From Thermodesulfobacteriota bacterium (lineage in GTDB: Bacteria; Desulfobacterota; SM23-61), in NCBI GenBank assembly GCA_049699975.1, contig JBNAWB010000001.1, positions 24,534-88,533 of the forward strand: DNA of 64,000 nt. The letters are read 5' to 3'. The notes beneath the pieces are model-generated. The model was not told the origin of the DNA and searched no databases. It saw nothing but the letters and a program-made list of their open reading frames with translations. How positions within the stretch are numbered: position 1 is the stretch's first letter; every line of letters starts with the position of its first letter. Of this stretch, positions 9,955 through 18,899 are shown one piece after another. Position numbers and translations under genes: made by a program.

Positions 9955-11571
9955 ATGAACATTGGGGAAAGTGTTCTAAATCTTAAATCAGAGATTATAA
10001 AAAATAATTTTTCAAATTTCGCCCAGGAGGGAGACAGTTTTTATTCATTGGTATTGGAATCATTGGAGGAAGTGCCCGAAGAGGCCAAGAAAGAAGCCAA
10101 TTCATTTCCTTGGGCGACAATTTTCTTCCCTTTGTTTAATACGGAGACATTTCCCATAGAGATAAAACCTGAAGGCCAAGAGAATAGAAAAGAAAGTAGC
10201 CCCGCGGAAGACATTTTAAAAGAGAATATGCTTCCCGAAAAAATAAATTTAGGAAAGAGGCCCACTCCAGCGGAATCCTTATCTGAAAATTTTATGACTC
10301 TCCTTAAGGAAATAAGTACAGTTTATCCCTATCCTGCAAAAGATTCGCTTCCCGGGCAGGAAGCAGCTACAGATCAGCTTGGGGAGTTAGAAGCTAACGG
10401 AGAAGAGGCCTCCCAAACCTTGGGCATAAAGGAAAACAAAATTAGATTATTCTTGGCAAGACAGAATGGGCAAGAGCAAATGGATATAGGACAAAAGGCG
10501 CCTGAGAAAATAGATCCTTTCTCCATCATAAGGGAAACCCCGCTCAATTTATCTTCGGCGGAAAGTAAGGCCATAAAGGGGGCCAATGGAGATAATCCAA
10601 ACTTTAATTCCTTAAAGAGGGCGGATAAAGAGGAGATATTTGTAGGCCGCAAGGAGCCAGCTATTATGGAAACTTTGTTAACCAAAGAGAAAATTAAAGA
10701 GGCGCTTATGGAGATGCCGGAAGAGAAATTAAAAAATGAACAAGCAAATTTTGCCTTCTTGAACAAGGAAAAAGTAGGCTCAGACAAGGAAGAATCACTC
10801 TGGCAAGATGTGGTGATAAGAAATGGCTGGCCATTTTCGGTGAAAGAAGAAAGCAGATCGATTTCCCATTTAATGAAGGAGAATAAATTTGAGCAATCTA
10901 AGTTGTGGGGAAAAGATTTTGGGGAAAACTTTGGCGGCAGGACCGATCCAGATCTCGATAATTTTCCAGCCTTAGATAAAAATTTGACTTTTTCTCTTTT
11001 TAAAGGAGAAAAAAGGGGAAATACGAAATTAGATTATTTTCCCCATTTTTCTCCTGAAGTCTCGGGCAAAGATCCCCTTTTAGGCCGAGATAACTTAGCC
11101 GAAACTGGAGGAGTCTGGGGCAAAGAGAATTTAAGCCAATGGCGGCCAGGAGAAACGGAAATTTATAAACAAATAAGTCAAAGAATAATATGGTCGATCA
11201 AAAATGATCAGGAATTAATAAAGGTTACTTTGGAACCGCCGCATTTAGGCAATATCTACATTGAGGTGACCCGGGAGAAAGAGAATATCAGGGCTAAAAT
11301 ATTGACTGAGAACCCACTCACTAAAGAATTAATAGAGCATAATTACTGGCCAATTCAAAAAATCATAGAGAAAGAAGGCTTCAGATTAGAAAGATTTGAC
11401 GTCTTTTCCCCATTAGATATGAACTTATCGGATGGGGCTAAAGGGGAGCACTTGTCCTCCAAAAGTAAAGATAGAGTTTACCATTCAGCTGGAGAAATTA
11501 AAGACCAAATCTCCTTAGAAAATAGCCTTCCCTTAGAAACCAATAATGGGGGCATAAATATCCTTATTTAA
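9955..11571 (+). CDS. fliK: Flagellar hook-length control protein FliK
   Basis: Long, low-complexity acidic N-terminal region and a conserved C-terminal Flg_hook domain (VTLEPPHLGNIYIEV). Confidence 0.8.
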   Translation: MNIGESVLNLKSEIIKNNFSNFAQEGDSFYSLVLESLEEVPEEAKKEANSFPWATIFFPLFNTETFPIEIKPEGQENRKESSPAEDILKENMLPEKINLGKRPTPAESLSENFMTLLKEISTVYPYPAKDSLPGQEAATDQLGELEANGEEASQTLGIKENKIRLFLARQNGQEQMDIGQKAPEKIDPFSIIRETPLNLSSAESKAIKGANGDNPNFNSLKRADKEEIFVGRKEPAIMETLLTKEKIKEALMEMPEEKLKNEQANFAFLNKEKVGSDKEESLWQDVVIRNGWPFSVKEESRSISHLMKENKFEQSKLWGKDFGENFGGRTDPDLDNFPALDKNLTFSLFKGEKRGNTKLDYFPHFSPEVSGKDPLLGRDNLAETGGVWGKENLSQWRPGETEIYKQISQRIIWSIKNDQELIKVTLEPPHLGNIYIEVTREKENIRAKILTENPLTKELIEHNYWPIQKIIEKEGFRLERFDVFSPLDMNLSDGAKGEHLSSKSKDRVYHSAGEIKDQISLENSLPLETNNGGINILI

Positions 11572-11587
11572 CAAAAAGGAGGGGAAC

Positions 11588-12247
11588 ATGGGACTAACTG
11601 GAGCAGCAACTGTAAGCAATTCTAAGGCCACCATAACTCAGTCGCCAATAAAAAAGACACTTACCCAAGAAGATTTCATAAACATCTTGGTAACCCAAAT
11701 GAAGTATCAAAATCCCTTGGAACCATTAAATAATGAACAGATGGCCACGCAAATAGCCCAGATGAGTAGCGTGGATGCCTTGCAAAAAATGGAACAAACG
11801 ATGAAAAATATGGCCTCAAAATATGACTGGTTAGCTAACATGCAGGCAGCGAGTTTAGTCGGCAAAAAAGTAGAAGTTGCCGGAAGCCAACTACCTTTAT
11901 TGCCTAATCAGAGCGCGGAAGGTTTTTATCAGTTACCTCAAGCGGCTAAGGTCACGATTCAAATATACGATTCTTTAGGAAATTTAGTCCGGATTATCGA
12001 AGAGGGCCGAAAGGAGATGGGCAAGCATAAGTTTTCCTGGGATGGCCAAAATAATAAGGGCGAAAAAGTCCCTGAGGGAATCTATACCTTTGTTATATCC
12101 GCAGTTGATCAGAGAGGAAATGGAGTTGCAGTCTCTTCTTCCCTGATCGGGGAGATCAAAGAAATCGCTTATGAAAATGGCACCGTTTATTTCGTGATCG
12201 GGGGCCAAAAATATAATTTAGAAAGTATTAGGTCAATTTTCAGTTAA
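11588..12247 (+). CDS. flgD: Flagellar hook assembly/capping protein FlgD
   Basis: FlgD N-terminal motif (FINILVTQMKYQNPLEPL) and a C-terminal Ig-like/FlgD domain. Confidence 0.9.
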   Translation: MGLTGAATVSNSKATITQSPIKKTLTQEDFINILVTQMKYQNPLEPLNNEQMATQIAQMSSVDALQKMEQTMKNMASKYDWLANMQAASLVGKKVEVAGSQLPLLPNQSAEGFYQLPQAAKVTIQIYDSLGNLVRIIEEGRKEMGKHKFSWDGQNNKGEKVPEGIYTFVISAVDQRGNGVAVSSSLIGEIKEIAYENGTVYFVIGGQKYNLESIRSIFS

Positions 12248-12279
12248 CAAGCAAAAATAAAAATAGAAAAGGAGGTTTT

Positions 12280-13542
12280 ATGTCGATCACCGCTTCGTTT
12301 TATTCAGGTTTAAGTGGTCTTTCGGCCCATGCCACGGCCATGCAGGTAATTGGCGACAATATTGCCAATGTGCACACGACAGGTTTTAAGGGAAGTACAG
12401 TACATTTTGCCGATGTTTTAGGCGTGGCGCTTACGGGAGTATCCGGAGGAAACCAGACCGGCGCCGGCACAGAAGTTACTTCCGTGGATTTGAATTTTAT
12501 TCAAGGATCTCTGGACACAACAAATCTCTCAACTGATTTGGCCATAAATGGCCGGGGCTTTTTTGTCGTCAAGGACTCAAGTTCCGAAGAAGTCTTTTAC
12601 ACCCGGGCGGGGCACTTCAACTTCGACAATCAAGGCTATTTTGTAAACCCGCTTGGCTATCGGGTTCAAGGTTACCTTTATGACGCTACCGGTACTTCTC
12701 TTTTCGAAAATCTGGCCGATATATGGGTAAATAAAAATAGCATGATAGATCCACAGGTTACCGGAGAAATTGATATGGTATTAAATCTGGATGCTGCCGA
12801 GTCAGTACAAACTTGGAATGAAAGCTTACCCTACGATACATCTAATTTTGCCACTTCTTTGAGCATTTTCGACTCTTTAGGCCAGTCGCATCCGATTCAG
12901 ATTTTCTTCACTAAATCAGCCGCTGCAGTTTGGGATTGGTATGCCATGATTGATGGGAGTGAACTTGATGGGGGAACAGCAGGAGAATTGGTGGAATTCG
13001 GCTCAGGAACCATAGAATTTGATAGCTCCGGCAAATTAACTACCTCTATGCCCCTCACCTTCCATTCTGGAGGACTTACTTTTGCCAATGGCTGTCCTTC
13101 CAGCGCTTGTGAGATTGATTTTACAGGTACGACCCAGTTTGGATCCCCCTCTGTAGTGCAAATAGTTAATCAAGACGGATATACTGCCGGCACCATCTCC
13201 CAGGTGAATATTGATGAAGAAGGGAATATGGTGGCTTATTATACTAACGGCAAGCGTCAAAAAATTGCCCGTTTAGTGGTGGCCGACTTTCCCAACTTAA
13301 GTGGCCTAAGTCGGAAAGGTTCTAATCTTTACCAAGCAACAACTACCTCGGGAGATCCTATATATAATAAACCTGGCGTAGGCGGCATGGGCACAATTTT
13401 CGCCTCCATGCTTGAAGAGTCTAATGTGGATATCGCGGCCGAGTTGATAAAAATGATTATCACCCAAAGAGGATACCAGGCTAACATCAAAGTAATCTCC
13501 ACTACTGATGAAATGTTAGCTCAGTTGATGAATATTCGTTAA
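12280..13542 (+). CDS. flgE: Flagellar hook protein FlgE
   Basis: Conserved flagellar rod/hook N-terminus (LSGLSAHATAMQVIGDNIANVHTTGFK) and C-terminus (ITQRGYQANIKVIST). Confidence 0.9.
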   Translation: MSITASFYSGLSGLSAHATAMQVIGDNIANVHTTGFKGSTVHFADVLGVALTGVSGGNQTGAGTEVTSVDLNFIQGSLDTTNLSTDLAINGRGFFVVKDSSSEEVFYTRAGHFNFDNQGYFVNPLGYRVQGYLYDATGTSLFENLADIWVNKNSMIDPQVTGEIDMVLNLDAAESVQTWNESLPYDTSNFATSLSIFDSLGQSHPIQIFFTKSAAAVWDWYAMIDGSELDGGTAGELVEFGSGTIEFDSSGKLTTSMPLTFHSGGLTFANGCPSSACEIDFTGTTQFGSPSVVQIVNQDGYTAGTISQVNIDEEGNMVAYYTNGKRQKIARLVVADFPNLSGLSRKGSNLYQATTTSGDPIYNKPGVGGMGTIFASMLEESNVDIAAELIKMIITQRGYQANIKVISTTDEMLAQLMNIR

Positions 13543-13549
13543 TCTGCAA

Positions 13550-13574
13550 GGGGAGGAGATATGCTTTCCTCCCC
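13550..13574 (+). terminator. Hairpin downstream of flgE (ggggagga-N9-tcctcccc), no U-tract
   Basis: An 8-bp perfect inverted repeat immediately after the flgE stop. It could be an attenuating or mRNA-stabilising stem-loop rather than a full terminator. Confidence 0.35.
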
Positions 13575-13745
13575 CTCAAATATCTGCCCAAATAATAAGG
13601 AAAAATAAAATTTAAAATCTGTCAAAGTATTGACTAAAAATTAAAAAATTGACAAAAACGGGCCAAAATCCATTCTAAAAACACCCCCCTGATTTCTAAC
13701 CTTTCAATTTTAATAATATTTTTATCTTGGCAGTTCCATAATATC

Positions 13746-13761
13746 TGGCATAAAAATTGCT
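13746..13761 (+). promoter_or_regulatory. Sigma-54 promoter: TGGCATaaaaaTTGCT
   Basis: Same core as the fliK promoter, about 50 nt upstream of the second fliL. Confidence 0.65.
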
Positions 13762-13813
13762 CATGAAAAAAACTGACATAAGTGAGTAACAAAATGGGAA
13801 AAATAACAAAAAA

Positions 13814-14269
13814 ATGAAAAAAAAGGGCTTGTTTATTTTTCTGGCTCCCTTGGTCATCTTAGGCTTGGGGGGCGGGCTAATATACTTTTTAAAACCTTCT
13901 TTTCTGACTCAATTTTTGCCAAACCATGCCGGTACCAAAACAGAGCAATATATGCCTAAAAAGGAAAAAGGGTTTCTGTATAAAATGGATCCGCTCATCG
14001 TAAATTTAGCTGATGCCGAAACATTGCATTACTTGAAAATAAAAATTGACCTGGAAAGTATGGAGGAGAAGCCCAATGAAGAATTTGAAAAAAGGCTGCC
14101 GCAAATTCGCGATAACATTCTACTGTTGCTTTCCACGAAGGAGCGGAAAGTCTTGATGGATGCCGAGGGGAAAAATAAATTGCGGGCCGAAATCCGTGAA
14201 AAAGTAAATCAGTTGCTGAAAAATTTTAAGATTAAAGATATCTATTTCACCGAGTTCTTGATTCAGTGA
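13814..14269 (+). CDS. fliL: Flagellar basal body-associated protein FliL (paralog 2)
   Basis: N-terminal TM segment and a FliL core (DPLIVNLADAETLHYLKIKIDLE...IYFTEFLIQ). Confidence 0.85.
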   Translation: MKKKGLFIFLAPLVILGLGGGLIYFLKPSFLTQFLPNHAGTKTEQYMPKKEKGFLYKMDPLIVNLADAETLHYLKIKIDLESMEEKPNEEFEKRLPQIRDNILLLLSTKERKVLMDAEGKNKLRAEIREKVNQLLKNFKIKDIYFTEFLIQ

Positions 14270-14278
14270 GTAAAAGCA

Positions 14279-15247
14279 ATGGATAAATTACTTTCCCAAG
14301 AAGAAATTGATGCTCTTTTGCACGGCATAGAAGATGGGGTCGTAAAAACAGAGTCTCCAGCGGCTAATAAAGCTGGTGATTTAATTCCCTTCGATTTTAC
14401 CAATCAAGACAAATTTGTTCATAAACGTTTGCCCAATTTAGATGCCTTAAATCAAGCCTTGGCTAAGAATTTAGGAAGTTCTTTTTCTCTTACCCTGAGA
14501 AGAACAATAGATGTAAATGCTAAACCTAAAGAGATTATAAAATTTGGAGATTTTATCTCGCGCCTGCCCGTGCCCAGCAGCCTCCATATTTTTAAAATGG
14601 AGCCGCTCAATGGCTATGCCCTCTTAGTTTTAGAGGCTAAATTAGTATTTACTTTGATTGACATTCTTTTAGGCGGTAATGGGAAAATTGGCTTCCGCGT
14701 GGAAGGGCGCGACTTTTCCAATATTGAACTCCAGTTAATTCACAAAATGGTAACTATTATCTTCAATGATTTAGAAAAAGCCTGGAGTAGCATCTATCCC
14801 ATAAAAACCAAATATTTACGCAGCGAGATTTATCCCCAATATGCGCAAATTCTTTCGGCTAATGATTTGGTAATAATCAGCCCGCTCTTCTTGGAAGTAG
14901 AGCAATTTTCCGGAACAATAAATGTTTGTCTTCCTTATTCTTCCTTGGAACCGATTAAAGAAAAATTTTATTCTGCCTACCAAAGTGAGCAAAGCAAGTT
15001 GGATGAAAATTGGCGACAGAGAATTTTAGAAAACCTTTATCAAACTGAAGTAATGGTCACGGTGGAATTAGGAAAGGGGAGATTGCCTATTCAAAAATTA
15101 ACTCAACTAAAAATAGGAGACTTAATTCCCCTAAATAAAGGAATTGGAGATCTGTTGGTAGCAAAAGTAGAAGGGCTGCCCAAATTTTTGGGCCAGGTAG
15201 GCGTCTTGGGAAATAATAAGGCCTTCCAAATTGAAGGTCAGATATAA
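14279..15247 (+). CDS. fliM: Flagellar motor switch protein FliM
   Basis: N-terminal CheY-binding LSQEEIDALL motif, a CheC-like middle domain and a C-terminal SpoA/FliN-like domain. Confidence 0.9.
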   Translation: MDKLLSQEEIDALLHGIEDGVVKTESPAANKAGDLIPFDFTNQDKFVHKRLPNLDALNQALAKNLGSSFSLTLRRTIDVNAKPKEIIKFGDFISRLPVPSSLHIFKMEPLNGYALLVLEAKLVFTLIDILLGGNGKIGFRVEGRDFSNIELQLIHKMVTIIFNDLEKAWSSIYPIKTKYLRSEIYPQYAQILSANDLVIISPLFLEVEQFSGTINVCLPYSSLEPIKEKFYSAYQSEQSKLDENWRQRILENLYQTEVMVTVELGKGRLPIQKLTQLKIGDLIPLNKGIGDLLVAKVEGLPKFLGQVGVLGNNKAFQIEGQI

Positions 15248-15265
15248 AAATATAAGGAGAGGGCT

Positions 15266-15589
15266 ATGGAATTAGAAGGAAGTGCTGCGGCAAAGAATGA
15301 TAAAAAGGAAAGCGGCCTCTTAGCCAATAATAATCTTGATTTTATTCTGGATATCCCTTTGGAGATTTCGGTAGAAGTAGGCAGAGCTAAATTATCGATC
15401 GGAGAACTTTTAAAATTAGGGCAGGGATCGGTAGTGGAATTAAATAAGTTAGCCGGCGAGCCTTTAGAGATTTTCGTCAACGGCAAATTGATGGCCCGGG
15501 GTGAAGTTGTGGTCGTCAATGAAAAATTTGCTATCAAAGTGATGGATATTATAAATCCCACTGAAAGGGTGAAACAAATAAGCGCGTGA
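15266..15589 (+). CDS. fliN: Flagellar motor switch protein FliN
   Basis: A 107 aa SpoA-domain protein (LDIPLEISVEVGRAKLSIGELLKLGQGSVVEL). Confidence 0.85.
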   Translation: MELEGSAAAKNDKKESGLLANNNLDFILDIPLEISVEVGRAKLSIGELLKLGQGSVVELNKLAGEPLEIFVNGKLMARGEVVVVNEKFAIKVMDIINPTERVKQISA

Positions 15590-15596
15590 GGGGAAA

Positions 15597-15974
15597 ATGC
15601 TTTGGATAATTGTCAAAATGTTCTTAGCTTTAGGGCTGATGGGCGTACTTCTTTTCTTTTGCCTAAAATTTTTTAAACGCGTAGGGTTAAGCGGAGTTAA
15701 TGACCCGGCCTCGGGGGGGGTTAAAGTTTTAACTAATAAATTGATTGCTCCCCAAAGGTATATCACTTTAGTAGAGATCGGAGATGAAATATTTGCCTTA
15801 GGTATATCTCCGCAACATATTTCTTTTCTCACCAAAATCGACCATAAAGAATCATTGCTCCGCAAGATATCCCCTTTAAACACGGTTAATAATTCGGCTA
15901 AATGGTTTGGACTTTGGAAATCGCCTTCCCTACGACAAAATTTAGCCTGGGCAAGGGAGAAAAATGAAGATTAA
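15597..15974 (+). CDS. fliO: Flagellar biosynthesis protein FliO
   Basis: Small single-TM protein between fliN and fliP, with a FliO-like C-terminus. Confidence 0.7.
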   Translation: MLWIIVKMFLALGLMGVLLFFCLKFFKRVGLSGVNDPASGGVKVLTNKLIAPQRYITLVEIGDEIFALGISPQHISFLTKIDHKESLLRKISPLNTVNNSAKWFGLWKSPSLRQNLAWAREKNED

Positions 15975-16731
15975 AATTTGGTGGGTACCTATAATCTTAT
16001 GTACATTATCTCTTTTCTGTTTTTCCCTTTCTTGGGGGCAGGCTCCTTCTGCTTGGCCTTTACCGACTATAACTTTGGGAGTTAAAGAAGCCAAAGAACC
16101 AGGGGAAATTGCGGTGGCCCTGCAGATTTTAATTCTCTTAACTGTGTTATCTCTTGCTCCCGCAATCTTAATTATGATGACTTCTTTTACGCGGTTAATA
16201 GTAGTTTTTTCTTTGCTCCGTCATGCCTTGAGCACGCAACAAATGCCACCTAATCAAATTTTAATTGGCTTAGCCCTTTTTTTGACTATATTCATCATGT
16301 CTCCGGTCTGGACGGAGATAAATGCCCAAGCGCTAGTTCCTTATAAAGAGAAGAGGATTACCCAAGAACAAGCTCTGGAGGCCGGTCTTAAGCCTCTGCG
16401 CCAATTTATGGCCAAACAGACGCGGGAAAAAGATATAGCCTTGTTTGTGAATATCGCCAAAATACCGCGTCCGCATAGTTGGGAAGATATCCCAACGACG
16501 GTTTTAATTCCTGCTTTTATGATCAGTGAACTAAAGACGGCGTTTCAGATAGGTTGTATTCTTTATCTACCTTTTTTGATAATAGATTTTGTTGTTTCCA
16601 GCATCATTTTGTCCATGGGCATGATTATGTTGCCACCCGTAATGATCTCTTTGCCTTTCAAGATTTTATTATTTGTTTTAGTGGATGGTTGGAATTTACT
16701 CGTGGGTTCATTAATAAAAAGTTTTCAGTGA
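15964..16731 (+). CDS. fliP: Flagellar export apparatus protein FliP
   Basis: Signal peptide and conserved FliP TM core ([27 protein letters not shown]). Confidence 0.9.
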   Translation: MKIKIWWVPIILCTLSLFCFSLSWGQAPSAWPLPTITLGVKEAKEPGEIAVALQILILLTVLSLAPAILIMMTSFTRLIVVFSLLRHALSTQQMPPNQILIGLALFLTIFIMSPVWTEINAQALVPYKEKRITQEQALEAGLKPLRQFMAKQTREKDIALFVNIAKIPRPHSWEDIPTTVLIPAFMISELKTAFQIGCILYLPFLIIDFVVSSIILSMGMIMLPPVMISLPFKILLFVLVDGWNLLVGSLIKSFQ

Positions 16732-16740
16732 GGAAGGCAC

Positions 16741-17010
16741 TTGACTCCGGATTTTGTAGGCCAGATTGCCAAAGAAGCTATTGAAGTTATTTTATTCATT
16801 TCTTTACCTTTCTTAGGCGTGGCCTTAATAGTAGGCTTAATCATCAGTATTTTTCAAGCAGCCACGCAAATTCAAGAGGCTTCTTTGCTTATCGTGCCTA
16901 AAATAGTTGTTTTTTTACTTACCCTACTCTTGTTGTCTCCTTGGGTAATGCAAAAAATGATTGGTTATACCGAAGACCTTTTGGCTAATCTGCCCCGGTA
17001 TGTGCATTAG
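16741..17010 (+). CDS. fliQ: Flagellar export apparatus protein FliQ
   Basis: An 89 aa two-TM protein; FliQ family by size, context and hydrophobicity. TTG start. Confidence 0.8.
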   Translation: MTPDFVGQIAKEAIEVILFISLPFLGVALIVGLIISIFQAATQIQEASLLIVPKIVVFLLTLLLLSPWVMQKMIGYTEDLLANLPRYVH

Positions 17011-17031
17011 CCAGATGAGGAATAAGCAATC

Positions 17032-17814
17032 ATGCTGTGGGGAGCATGGCCTTTCGAACAAATAAAAACTTTCATATTAATTTTAATGCGCGTAACTGCG
17101 GTCCTGTTTTTTATGCCTGTTTTAGGAACGCGCAATATTCCAGCAGTTTCCAAAATTGGGTTAAGCATGATCATTAGCTTACTCCTACTTCCTTTAGTAA
17201 AGATCGATCCCCAAAGTTTTCCTAAGGAGCCTTTATTTTTTGTTTCTTTGTTGCTGAAGGAAATTATTTTGGGAATGGTCTTGGGCTTATCCGTTAAAGT
17301 TATTTTCGCGGGGGTCCAGGCTGGAGGCCATATTTCCGGATTCCATATAGGATTTACTATGGCCCAGATAATTGATCCGCAATCTGAATCACAGGAAACC
17401 GTCTTAACCCAACTATATTTTTTTCTAAGTCTCTTAATCTTTTTGGCGATAGATGGACATCATTGGTTCATTCGCGCTTTAACTTATAGTTTTGAATTTA
17501 TTCCTCTGGGCAGCTTTTTCTTAAAAGCACAATTAGGGGAACATTTGCTAAAGCTTTCGGGAACTATATTTATTATTGCCGTTAAGATAGCCGCGCCTAT
17601 TTTGGTCGCTTTATTCTTAGTGCAAATGGGCTTAGGTATTTTGGCCAAAGCTGCGCCGCAAATAAATATTATGATGACCAGTTTCCCCTTAATAATTGCC
17701 GTGGGCTTGTTAATTTTAGCGCTCTCTACGACCCTAGTGATGGATTATTTAAAAGAGATTTTTCTGGGAGGAAGCCGCGGGTTAGTTTTGGAAATTCTAC
17801 CCCTGGCTAAGTAA
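17032..17814 (+). CDS. fliR: Flagellar export apparatus protein FliR
   Basis: A 260 aa polytopic membrane protein between fliQ and flhB. Confidence 0.85.
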   Translation: MLWGAWPFEQIKTFILILMRVTAVLFFMPVLGTRNIPAVSKIGLSMIISLLLLPLVKIDPQSFPKEPLFFVSLLLKEIILGMVLGLSVKVIFAGVQAGGHISGFHIGFTMAQIIDPQSESQETVLTQLYFFLSLLIFLAIDGHHWFIRALTYSFEFIPLGSFFLKAQLGEHLLKLSGTIFIIAVKIAAPILVALFLVQMGLGILAKAAPQINIMMTSFPLIIAVGLLILALSTTLVMDYLKEIFLGGSRGLVLEILPLAK

Positions 17815-17816
17815 AC

Positions 17817-18893
17817 ATGGCTGAAGAATCTTTTGCGGAAAGAACAGAACAGGCTACGCCGCGGCGACGGAGGGAGGCCCGCCGCAAAGGACAGGTGGCC
17901 AAAAGTAGAGAAATTCCCGCAGCCGCCATTCTCTTATTAGGCAGCTCTATTCTTTATCTTTTAAGTTCTCATTTTTATAATTGCTTTTCAAAACTAATGG
18001 TTAATTTTTTGCACCAGATAAAAGATCTGGAGCTAACCCCGGCTAACCTGCTCTCCTTACAAAAATATATCTTCTATGAGCTCTTTCTCATTATGGGACC
18101 TATTTTGCTCACGATTTTGGCCATGGGGATTATCAGCAATTATGCGCAAGTAGGCCATATTTTTGCTTGGGAGCTAATTCAACCGAAATTTTCTAAACTA
18201 AATGCTTTGCAAGGGTTGCAGCGCATATTTTCTAAAGAAACTATAGTGGAATTAATAAAGGCCTTAGCTAAGTTCCTGATTGTGGGTACAGTAGTCTATT
18301 ATACGATTGAGGGAGAAACCGTAAAGATATTAAACCTTGCTGGTCAAGAGCTGGCGACCATCGTCAATTATTTAGGCCGCATTTCCTTCATTATGGTCAT
18401 AAAAGTTAGTTTGATTATTTTGATCTTAGCCATATTTGACTACCTTTACCAGAGATGGCGGTATGAAAAAAGTTTACGCATGAGTAAACAAGAAGTTCAA
18501 GAAGAATTCAAGCAAACCGAGGGGGATCCTTTAGTTAAATCGCGCCTAAAAAGCAGGCAACGGAGTCTGGCCCGCCAGCGGATGATGAATGAAGTGCCCA
18601 AGGCAGATGTAGTCATTACTAATCCCCAGCATTTGGCTGTAGCCTTGGGGTACAAAAAAGAAGAAATGGTGGCCCCGAAAGTGTTGGCCAAGGGGGCGGG
18701 ATTGATTGCGGAAAAAATAAAAGAAATTGCGCGGGCCCATAGTATTCCCATCATCGAGAACAAGCCTTTGGCGCAAATAATTTATAAATCTGTAGAAATA
18801 GGAGAGATGATTCCCTCGAGTTTATATCAAGCGGTAGCTGAAGTTTTAGCTTATGTCTATACCATGAAGATGAATTTTAAGAGAGCAAGGTAA
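17817..18893 (+). CDS. flhB: Flagellar export apparatus protein FlhB
   Basis: N-terminal TM domain and an NPxH-like autocleavage region (VVITNPQHLAVAL). Confidence 0.9.
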   Translation: MAEESFAERTEQATPRRRREARRKGQVAKSREIPAAAILLLGSSILYLLSSHFYNCFSKLMVNFLHQIKDLELTPANLLSLQKYIFYELFLIMGPILLTILAMGIISNYAQVGHIFAWELIQPKFSKLNALQGLQRIFSKETIVELIKALAKFLIVGTVVYYTIEGETVKILNLAGQELATIVNYLGRISFIMVIKVSLIILILAIFDYLYQRWRYEKSLRMSKQEVQEEFKQTEGDPLVKSRLKSRQRSLARQRMMNEVPKADVVITNPQHLAVALGYKKEEMVAPKVLAKGAGLIAEKIKEIARAHSIPIIENKPLAQIIYKSVEIGEMIPSSLYQAVAEVLAYVYTMKMNFKRAR

Positions 18894-18899
18894 TAAAAA

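Noticed and set aside
16554-16784. 76-aa ORF overlapping the 3' end of fliP and start of fliQ in another frame
   Set aside because: It is fully overlapped by two conserved export-apparatus genes and has no independent support.
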